31,869 bases of DNA from a virus (taxonomy: Duplodnaviria; Caudoviricetes): positions 1 through 31,869 of the IMG/VR virus record IMGVR_UViG_3300037467_000545. The stretch is one strand, 5' to 3'. The notes below the pieces were generated by a model. It did no database searches. It was not told the origin of the DNA and was given only the letters and a program-made list of their open reading frames with translations. This document shows, in pieces, positions 19,246 through 25,242 of this stretch. Position 1 is the first letter of the stretch. Each line of letters starts with the position of its first letter. Made by a program: the position numbers and the translations under genes.

Positions 19246-19909
19246 TCAGGACGAACAGCCAAGCCCTGTCCTTCCACTCGTGGTCAATGCCATCGACGTG
19301 GAGAATGTCCGCTAGAGTGAACTTGCCACGGCCCCACTCGAAGAACTTGTAGGGCATGACGAACGGATGGGCGCTGAACGGGTCCATTTCCCTGCCCGCG
19401 TAGGCCGGGGAGTGGCGCATCGTCCATTCGATATAGATTCGACCGTCGGGAGTGAGCTGGTCGGTCCATGCCCGCAAAGCCTTCTCCGGATCGTAGGAGT
19501 GGTCGAGCGAGTTGGTGTAAATGAATGAGAATTGGCCCAGCCAATCGTCCCTGACCTCGTGGAAGTCGTGGCAGACGAGATTGGGAACCCCGTCGGCGGT
19601 TTCGGAAATGTCCGTCCCGATGACGGGGCAGTGAAGCCGCTCTCTAAGGAACTCGACCTCCCACCCATTGCGGGCACCGTGGCACAGTCCGTTGCGGGCG
19701 AGGCCGTGAGCGAGAATGTCGTCGGCCATTGCGGCGAGCGTCACATGGTCCGCGAAGACCTTGCCGAACTTGAGCTTGTTGGCGGCTATTTGCTTGCGGC
19801 GGTAGTCGTCGAGACTGCCGACATCGTGCTGGTAGATTAGCGAAAGCTCTTTGGAGCGGACGACCTTGAGGCCCATCTGCCCCAGAACGCGGTTCACAGT
19901 CGGAAGCAT
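19235..19909 (-). CDS. class I SAM-dependent methyltransferase (moron)
   Basis: GLCHGARNG.E, VIGTDIS, HDFH, FSFIYTNSLDHSYDPEKAL..W...L.PDG; convergent with the tailspike. Confidence 0.75.
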   Translation of the reverse strand: MLPTVNRVLGQMGLKVVRSKELSLIYQHDVGSLDDYRRKQIAANKLKFGKVFADHVTLAAMADDILAHGLARNGLCHGARNGWEVEFLRERLHCPVIGTDISETADGVPNLVCHDFHEVRDDWLGQFSFIYTNSLDHSYDPEKALRAWTDQLTPDGRIYIEWTMRHSPAYAGREMDPFSAHPFVMPYKFFEWGRGKFTLADILHVDGIDHEWKDRAWLFVLTRT

Positions 19910-19915
19910 CGTCGC

Positions 19916-19944
19916 TTATTACCGCCCCTGGGCGGAGTCGGCAA
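19916..19944 (-). promoter_or_regulatory. putative leaderless sigma70 promoter for the methyltransferase
   Basis: TTGCCG-N17-TAATAA-N6-ATG(19909); no SD. Confidence 0.55.
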
Positions 19945-20047
19945 GCAGCACGACCAGCCAGACAAGGGCCGCGAGGGCAAGGAACCCGAACACCCACGCG
20001 GGGCCATTGTTTCGGAGCCACCAGCGCTTGAACTCTCGGAAGCCCAT
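19919..20047 (-). CDS. 42-aa membrane peptide (MGFREFKRWWLRNNGPAWVFGFLALAALVWLVVLLADSAQGR)
   Basis: Translated by hand; basic N-terminus plus one clear TM helix; preceded by TTGAGG-N17-TATCCA-N6-ATG. Confidence 0.6.
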   Translation of the reverse strand: MGFREFKRWWLRNNGPAWVFGFLALAALVWLVVLLADSAQGR

Positions 20048-20116
20048 TCAGGCTGGATAGCGTCCGTTCAACCAACCCTCAATACGAAAGGCTGGAGTAA
20101 TGCCCTGTAACGAGTT

Positions 20117-20395
20117 GTGAGCGAAGAAAACGAAAGCGTGCTGGTCAAGCTGACCCGCATGGAGGGAAAGCTCGACCTGAGCAACCTCCGCCACGAGCAG
20201 CATGACGCCAAGTTCGCCGCAATCGACGGGCGGCTGTCATCGCACGGCGAGCGCCTGACTGGCCTCGAAACCCGCGAACACGAACGGGCCGGAGAGCGCA
20301 AGGGCATCACCATGAGCGGCAAGCTCATTGGCTGGGGCCTTAGCCTGCTTATCGGGGCTGGCGGCGGTGCTGCGCTGCTTGAGCTGCTGCGATGA
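20117..20395 (+). CDS. coiled-coil protein with C-terminal TM helix (holin/antiholin or XhlA-like)
   Basis: First gene of the lysis cassette; heptad pattern followed by a hydrophobic tail. Confidence 0.6.
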   Translation: MSEENESVLVKLTRMEGKLDLSNLRHEQHDAKFAAIDGRLSSHGERLTGLETREHERAGERKGITMSGKLIGWGLSLLIGAGGGAALLELLR

Positions 20396-20458
20396 TCTTC
20401 CGCTGGCTGCTCCGCGCTTTCGAACAGGGTTTCAGCGACTTCGCAAGGGAGGCTCCCC

Positions 20459-20692
20459 ATGCTTGAGCGTATCCAGGCACGGCTTGTCGATGACTGGCGC
20501 GATGCTCGGCACTGGTGGTCCGTCCGCTGGAATGCCTTGGGAGCCATTCTCCTTCCGCTTCTAACCGCCGTTCCGTCAATGCCGGACGAAATTCAGGCGA
20601 TGCTTCCCGAATGGTTGCGGGTGACGGCTGCGGGGCTGTGGTGCATTGCCGCAATCGCCTTTCGCCTGATGGCCCAGAAGCGCGATGGCTGA
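20459..20692 (+). CDS. holin
   Basis: LVDDWR....WWSVR N-terminus, two TM segments, R...Q end; overlaps the endolysin. Confidence 0.75.
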   Translation: MLERIQARLVDDWRDARHWWSVRWNALGAILLPLLTAVPSMPDEIQAMLPEWLRVTAAGLWCIAAIAFRLMAQKRDG

Positions 20693-21167
20693 TGTTGCGC
20701 TCTCCAGCAAACAGCGCGCGGGAGCAGCAATCGCCGCCGCCTGTCTAGTTGCCGCGCCACTGACGGCAGCGTTCGAGGGATTGCGGACAAAGCCCTATTT
20801 GGACCCCGCCGGAATCCAGACCGTGTGTTACGGCGAAACCGAGCGCGAGATGCGCGTCTATACCGCCGACGAGTGCGGATCGCTTCTCCGGCAACGTCTG
20901 GCGAAGGACTATGCGCCCAAGGTGCTGGCGTGTCTGCCGCAGGTGGCGGATCGCAAAGCCGTTTTCGCGGCGCTGATCGACGCAAGTTACAACGCCGGGC
21001 CCAAGGCCGTGTGCAACAGCCGCATGGCCACTTCCATCCGCGCTGGCCAATGGCGAGCGGCCTGTGACGGCTTCTCCGGTTGGTATGTGACCGCCAAGGG
21101 CAAGCGCCTCCCCGGCCTTGTCCGCCGCCGCGAAGCCGAGCGCAACTTGTGCAGGTCCGGCCTGTGA
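20685..21167 (+). CDS. GH24 lysozyme, SAR-type endolysin
   Basis: E-x8-D-x5-T triad (FEGLRTKPYLDPAGIQT), YN.G, LPGLVRRR..E; Ala-rich N-terminal anchor. Confidence 0.93.
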   Translation: MADVALSSKQRAGAAIAAACLVAAPLTAAFEGLRTKPYLDPAGIQTVCYGETEREMRVYTADECGSLLRQRLAKDYAPKVLACLPQVADRKAVFAALIDASYNAGPKAVCNSRMATSIRAGQWRAACDGFSGWYVTAKGKRLPGLVRRREAERNLCRSGL

Positions 21168-21367
21168 TGGTCCGCCCCATCCTTACGCCACCCGATCCCA
21201 ACCCGAACGGGATTGTGGAGATGGAATGGGTCCGCAGGATCGGCACGCGGGGCGTGGGCATCGTTGAAAGCATCAGGGGCGATTGCGCCGTGGTCGATTG
21301 GCTGAACGGCAAGTCGATCATCCCGTGCGTGCTTCTGGAAATGGTCGATTACGGGAGGGACGGATGA
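21167..21367 (+). CDS. small SH3/KOW-like hypothetical protein
   Basis: TGATG coupling; WVRRIG..GVGIVESI...AVVDW. Confidence 0.55.
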   Translation: MVRPILTPPDPNPNGIVEMEWVRRIGTRGVGIVESIRGDCAVVDWLNGKSIIPCVLLEMVDYGRDG

Positions 21368-21705
21368 AAGCGCTTCTGGCTGTAGCGGCGTGCCTGTGCA
21401 TGGGCGCATCGGAGCCGACGATCAGGCACTCCGGCGTGCTTAATCCGGACGCTCCCGATGCGCTTGCTCAGGTCGCACCGCCAGACCGCTACATGGGCGA
21501 CACGGCGGCGGTGGTCATCTTTAGCATTCAGACGGTCAAGGATAACTGCGGAGATGCGGCGCTCGGTTGCTCCGGATTCAGCAACGGCGTTCCGATTATC
21601 GCAGCGCCTAACCCGTGCCCGCTCGCGTTGCGCGACCTCTACGCGGCGATCCTCTGTCACGAAATCGGACACCTTAACGGGTGGCCCGCAACACACGGAG
21701 ACTGA
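21364..21705 (+). CDS. secreted small HExxH zinc-metallopeptidase-like protein
   Basis: ATG at 21364 after GGGAGG; signal peptide MKALLAVAACLCMGA; ILCHEIGHLNGW...H. Confidence 0.65.
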   Translation: MKALLAVAACLCMGASEPTIRHSGVLNPDAPDALAQVAPPDRYMGDTAAVVIFSIQTVKDNCGDAALGCSGFSNGVPIIAAPNPCPLALRDLYAAILCHEIGHLNGWPATHGD

Positions 21706-21709
21706 TCGC

Positions 21710-22090
21710 ATGACTTGGCTGACATGGGCGGCGGTCAAGGCGCTCGCCGGTAACGCGCTCGGCAAGGCATGGGCGTGGCTGCAACACCGGTCCTTCTGGC
21801 AGCTTGTGGCGATGGCGCTCGCCGCGCTGTGCCTGTTGCTCGCATATCAGAGAAACGACGCCCGCCACGACCGCGACAGCTACCTGAAGCAGCGGGATTA
21901 CTACCGTGGGGAGCTACAGCGCGTAACCTCCAAGCGCGATGAGCAGCACAAGGTATCCGACCGCACCGTAACCCAGGTGGTTCGCGGACAGGATAGCGTG
22001 CGGACAATCGTTAAGACGATTCACGACGCACCCAACCCGCCGGATTGCAAGACGCCTCAGTTGCCGGAAGCGGCGCGGAGGATGCTGTGA
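21710..22090 (+). CDS. i-spanin (Rz-like)
   Basis: ATG at 21710 after GGAGA; TM helix, then coiled coil, V.TI...P.PPDC near the C-terminus. Confidence 0.75.
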   Translation: MTWLTWAAVKALAGNALGKAWAWLQHRSFWQLVAMALAALCLLLAYQRNDARHDRDSYLKQRDYYRGELQRVTSKRDEQHKVSDRTVTQVVRGQDSVRTIVKTIHDAPNPPDCKTPQLPEAARRML

Positions 22091-22160
22091 TGCCCCGCGA
22101 GGGTTCGAACCTCGGTCTGCGGGGCCAAATCCCGCCGTGCTACCGCTACACCACGGGGCA
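22090..22160 (-). tRNA. tRNA-Gln(UUG), CCA not encoded
   Basis: TGCCCCG TG GTGT-AGCGGTA-GCAC G GCGGG-ATTTGGC-CCCGC AGAC CGAGG-TTCGAAC-CCTCG CGGGGCA; all four stems pair. Confidence 0.92.
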
Positions 22161-22647
22161 AAAAGAGGAGGGAGGTCCGGACCTCCCCTGCTTTCGCATC
22201 CTCCCGCCCTACCAGTTGGGCAACGGGCGCGCCACCCGCCGGGATTCGAACCCGGACACTGAACTCGCAACCGAGGCTTGCGCTACCATGGAAAATCGGG
22301 TAAGTCAAATCCGTAGCTGCGGCTTCTGGGATTGGCATGACGCCGGTCGCCCGCAAGGGGATAAGCGGCATAAGGGCTGGGGCTATCCCCGCCGAGCAGC
22401 CGTCGCAGCTACAGCGCTCGCCCTCTCAGCCTGCGCCCCGCACCCGCGAACCGCTCTCATCTATTGCCTGACACCCCCTCAGCTCGAAAAGCTGAAAGCC
22501 GCCGAACCGCCGCTGATAGGCGATAAGCTCACAGGTCAAGCACAGGACGATTTCAAACTGGTTGCCGGTAGCGACATCATGCTCCGGCAATTCTCGCACG
22601 ACCTCGTTCACGTTCTCGAAAACTGCACAGAAGCCCCAGGCAAGTAA
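22090..22647 (+). CDS. o-spanin (Rz1-like lipoprotein) interrupted by a 294-bp in-frame RNA-gene block
   Basis: GGAGG(22077-81)-N8-ATG(22090), TGATG-coupled to Rz; lipobox LSAC with Cys codon at 22432. Removing 22093-22386 gives the signal peptide MPRRAAVAATALALSAC. Confidence 0.7.
   Translation: MPREGSNLGLRGQIPPCYRYTTGQKEEGGPDLPCFRILPPYQLGNGRATRRDSNPDTELATEACATMENRVSQIRSCGFWDWHDAGRPQGDKRHKGWGYPRRAAVAATALALSACAPHPRTALIYCLTPPQLEKLKAAEPPLIGDKLTGQAQDDFKLVAGSDIMLRQFSHDLVHVLENCTEAPGK
22165..22274 (-). ncRNA. circularly permuted tRNA-mimic RNA (YrlA/Y-RNA-like topology)
   Basis: T-arm CCGGG-TTCGAAT-CCCGG, loop-closed acceptor CGGGTG-GCG-CGCCCG, TT, D-arm GCCC-AACTGGTA-GGGC, then a GAGGA/TCCTC stem enclosing two hairpins. 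Confidence 0.75.
22278..22308. promoter_or_regulatory. overlapping divergent sigma70-type promoters
   Basis: Minus: TTGACT(22308-03)-N17-TAGCGC(22285-80). Plus: TTGCGC(22278-83)-N17-TAAGTC(22301-06). Each points at a structured RNA. Confidence 0.6.
22313..22386 (+). ncRNA. putative 74-nt structured RNA
   Basis: The ends pair (GTAGCTGCGGCTT with GGGCTGGGGCTAT, 12 of 13, five G-U). Inner hairpin GCCG..GTC..CCC-GCAA-GGG..GAT..CGGC. Begins 7 nt after the -10 box. Confidence 0.5.
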
Positions 22648-22667
22648 CCTGAGGGCGGACACGGCAC

Positions 22668-23762
22668 ATGCCAGGAACCTATCAAACGCTGCTGGACGAA
22701 GCTGGCGGCAACAGGGCGGAAGCCGCGCGTCGGCTGGGCATTCCGTCATCCACGTTCAAGGACAGGCTCTACGCAGAGCAATCCAACCTTGAGGCTGTCC
22801 CGCCAGGATTCAAAACGCGGGGCTATTCGGAATATCGCCGGACGGAAACCGGAGGCATCTGGCAAAAGGTCGAGATCGACAAGGCCGCGATGGAGGAGCA
22901 ATTCCTTGCCTTCATCGAAGAGGCGTCCAAGCCGCTCAAGGGACTTGCCCCCCACATTCCCCCTCCCGCCGCTTCCGATAGCGACCTGTTCGCGGTCTAT
23001 CCGATTGGCGATCACCACTACGGAATGAAGGCCGATCCGGAAGAAACCGGGGACGCCTATGACTGCAAGATCGCTAATCGCAGGCTGATGGCTGCAATCG
23101 ACCATCTGAGCGCGACCGCTCCGCCCGCCAGAGAAGCCCTTCTCCTCAACTTGGGCGACTACTTCCACGCGAACGACAGTTCCAATCAGACCCCAGCCAG
23201 CGGCAACCTGATGGACGTGGATACCCGCTTCGGCCAGGTATTCGACACGGGCGCGATGGCGCTTATCCATTGCGTTCTCAGGCTGCTCGAAAAGCATCAG
23301 ACGGTTCACGTCTGGAACATGCGCGGCAATCACGATCCGGACGCGGCGCAAGCCTTAGCGGTGGCGATGGCCTTCTATTTCCACGCCGAGCCGAGAGTCA
23401 TCGTGGATAGGGGCACATCGCTCTACAAGTATCACCGCTTCGGCAAGAACCTGATCGCATCGCACCACGGGCACGGCGCGAAACAGGGCGACTTGCCGCT
23501 CCTCATGGCCGCCGACCGTCCGGAAGATTGGGCGGCGACAACGCACCGCGTTTGGCACGTCGGCCACTTCCACCACAAGTCGCTAAAAGAGCATCCCGGC
23601 TGCGATGTAGAGGTTCACCGGACGCTTGCGGGAACCGACGCATGGCACGCTGGCAAAGGCTATCGTTCAAAGCGCGATATGCAGGTGCTCATCTACCATC
23701 GCGAGCTTGGAGAGGTTCAGCGCAATCGCTTCGATCCGGCGATGCTGAGAGTGGCAGCATGA
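22668..23762 (+). CDS. Fis-like HTH plus calcineurin-like metallophosphoesterase
   Basis: GGNRAEAARRLGIP.ST HTH; GDHH, LGDYFH, GNHD, HHGH and GHFHH motifs. Confidence 0.85.
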   Translation: MPGTYQTLLDEAGGNRAEAARRLGIPSSTFKDRLYAEQSNLEAVPPGFKTRGYSEYRRTETGGIWQKVEIDKAAMEEQFLAFIEEASKPLKGLAPHIPPPAASDSDLFAVYPIGDHHYGMKADPEETGDAYDCKIANRRLMAAIDHLSATAPPAREALLLNLGDYFHANDSSNQTPASGNLMDVDTRFGQVFDTGAMALIHCVLRLLEKHQTVHVWNMRGNHDPDAAQALAVAMAFYFHAEPRVIVDRGTSLYKYHRFGKNLIASHHGHGAKQGDLPLLMAADRPEDWAATTHRVWHVGHFHHKSLKEHPGCDVEVHRTLAGTDAWHAGKGYRSKRDMQVLIYHRELGEVQRNRFDPAMLRVAA

Positions 23763-23932
23763 ACGGTCGTTCCCACATCATCCCCACAGCAACAGGGCGC
23801 GTTATCCTTGCCGAGCATCCAGAAGCTGTGTTTCTCTGCTCAGAAGGAGGGGTGTTCCTTACCGATGAACAGCTTGACGAGCTTATCAAGGAATGTCGGG
23901 CGATACGGCAGAGAAGGTGGAAACGGGGTTAG
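23759..23932 (+). CDS. small hypothetical protein (MNGRSHIIP...)
   Basis: ATGA coupling to the upstream gene. Confidence 0.5.
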   Translation: MNGRSHIIPTATGRVILAEHPEAVFLCSEGGVFLTDEQLDELIKECRAIRQRRWKRG

Positions 23933-24129
23933 ATAAAGCGCGATGCGGGCGGCGCACCGATTTCGTTCCTGATAGCCTCGGCCTCTTTCCACATTCTCGC
24001 ACCGTCGCGCTGATACTCTGCACGATGATGCGGCCACTCAGTCTCACGCATCGCCCATGCGAATGAGCGCCGCGCCTCTTTCTCGAGACGTTCGGCCTCG
24101 GCTAGCCGTTCCGATGCGTCAGCAACCAT
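23929..24129 (-). CDS. small helical hypothetical protein (MVADASERL...)
   Basis: ATG at 24129 after AGGGG; amphipathic helical composition. Confidence 0.55.
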   Translation of the reverse strand: MVADASERLAEAERLEKEARRSFAWAMRETEWPHHRAEYQRDGARMWKEAEAIRNEIGAPPASRFI

Positions 24130-24151
24130 GCCCCTGCTTATCACAAAACGC

Positions 24152-24180
24152 TTGCGATTCCAAGCCCGTTCGAGTATGGG
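24152..24180 (+). promoter_or_regulatory. putative sigma70 promoter for the 24187 RNA
   Basis: TTGCGA-N17-TATGGG; predicted +1 near 24187 coincides with the start of the terminal stem. Confidence 0.55.
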
Positions 24181-24186
24181 AGAGGA

Positions 24187-24334
24187 TGGTTGTGGCTGAA
24201 AGCGAAGCGGCAAGCGGCGCGAACGCCCACCAAGGCAGAGCCAGGTGGTATGGTCTTGGCAGCGTTATCCGCCCGCGTGATGCGGGAGTAGGCTGAAACT
24301 GGCACAAGCTGGAGTAGCAACCGGCCCGCAACCA
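24187..24334 (+). ncRNA. putative ~150-nt structured RNA with tRNA-like terminal domain
   Basis: 9-bp terminal stem TGGTTGTGG/CCGCAACCA stacked on GCTGG-AGTAGCAA-CCGGC. Internal stems AACGC/GCGTT, CCAAGGC/GTCTTGG and CCCGCG/TGCGGG. Confidence 0.65.
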
Positions 24335-24342
24335 ACTCCATC

Positions 24343-24375
24343 AAACGGGCCGTCACCCCGAGCTAGCGACGGCCC
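24343..24375 (-). terminator. terminator-like hairpin ending the minus-strand early operon
   Basis: GGGCCGTCGCT-loop-GGTGACGGCCC followed by GTTT on the minus strand; short U-tract. Confidence 0.55.
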
Positions 24376-24414
24376 TGGCACGCTGATTACAACACCTGTC
24401 GTCATATCCAGGGA

Positions 24415-24633
24415 TTAGTCACTGGGTGGCGCGGGGAGTGGCATCCAGTGGGTTGGCTCCGGACAGTCCATTCGCCCTGACGGCGAGATCGCCCACGTTT
24501 CCGTTGGCACACCCTCGCCATCGCTGCGCCGCATGATTACTAGCCGGTGTTTCGGGCACCACGCGAGGACTAGCTCACCTCTCGGCGCGCTCTCAATCGT
24601 CCTCCACACCATATCCTCCGGTATCTCGGTCAT
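24415..24633 (-). CDS. DUF551-like phage protein
   Basis: WRTIESAP ... PTHWMPLPAPP signature. Confidence 0.8.
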   Translation of the reverse strand: MTEIPEDMVWRTIESAPRGELVLAWCPKHRLVIMRRSDGEGVPTETWAISPSGRMDCPEPTHWMPLPAPPSD

Positions 24634-24938
24634 GGCTGCTCCTTTAGGGCGGCGCGGATCGTTGAACGCATAGCAGCCTCGGCATAAGCGAAGGCAATCC
24701 GCTGTTGCTCCGTAGCGCCGATCTCATCGCGCGCCCGCCGCATCGCCGCCGCGATATCGTTCTCCAGCACCTTCACGCGCTGTTCGAGGGATTCGATATA
24801 GCGCATGATTGAGCGCATTTCGCCAATATTGGTCTGCGCCGCCTCCCAGTCCGACTCGTTACGCGCTGCCTCACAACGTATCCGCAGGGCGTCCCGTGCA
24901 AATCGCGGCGATCTATCCTCCACCAATCTCTCCTGCAT
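24630..24938 (-). CDS. hypothetical coiled-coil protein (MQERLVEDR...)
   Basis: ATG at 24938 after GGAGG; ATGA-coupled to the next gene. Confidence 0.65.
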   Translation of the reverse strand: MQERLVEDRSPRFARDALRIRCEAARNESDWEAAQTNIGEMRSIMRYIESLEQRVKVLENDIAAAMRRARDEIGATEQQRIAFAYAEAAMRSTIRAALKEQP

Positions 24939-24940
24939 AG

Positions 24941-25084
24941 CTATTCCTCCTTGGGGTGGGTTAGGCATCGTGACGATGAACCCAGCGGACCAGCCTTCCG
25001 AGCGTGGCATCCAGAACAAACCAACCTGGAACCGCGATCACCGCGCTCCGCAATAGCCACATCCATGCTTCGTGCGGCATTCAT
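24941..25084 (-). CDS. 47-aa hypothetical protein with CxxC (MNAARSMDVAIAERGDRGSRLVCSGCH...)
   Basis: Translated by hand; ATGA overlap; fills the operon gap. Confidence 0.4.
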   Translation of the reverse strand: MNAARSMDVAIAERGDRGSRLVCSGCHARKAGPLGSSSRCLTHPKEE

Positions 25085-25242
25085 TCCTCTCCCTTTGATA
25101 GGCGGGCGATCTGGGCGTCCAGTTCACGAACGAATTGCGGCGCAAGATGCGACCATTCATTGTTGCCGCCAATCTCCTTTGCCCATGCGGCTCGGCGTCT
25201 CTTGATCGCCTCCAAGCTATCGTGATTGCGCCCTCGGCTCAC
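25081..25242 (-). CDS. small hypothetical protein (MSRGRNHDSL...)
   Basis: GTGA overlap with the HNH stop. Confidence 0.55.
   Translation of the reverse strand: MSRGRNHDSLEAIKRRRAAWAKEIGGNNEWSHLAPQFVRELDAQIARLSKGEE

Noticed and set aside
20392-20466. 24-codon ORF MIFRWLLRAFEQGFSDFAREAPHA between lysis genes
   Set aside because: Coupled at both ends but too short to support from sequence alone.
22165-22277. Two-piece alphaproteobacterial tmRNA
   Set aside because: It has a true paired D-arm, no CCA after the acceptor strand, no intervening segment and no tag reading frame.
22232-22303. Conventional-order tRNA using TTACCCG/CGGGTGG as acceptor stem with the same T-arm
   Set aside because: The D stem and anticodon stem do not pair, and the 5' strand lies inside the predicted promoter. 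The permuted fold has a perfect D-arm.
22338-22392. Group II intron domain V/VI or a twister-type ribozyme at the cassette end
   Set aside because: Superficial resemblance only. The helix lengths and bulge do not fit, there is no GUGYG 5' end, and the insert is too short and already occupied by other RNAs.
24186-24296. 36-aa ORF MVVAESEAASGANAHQG...
   Set aside because: SD-like sequence is too close to the ATG and upstream of the predicted +1; extensive base pairing explains the region better. Not fully excluded.
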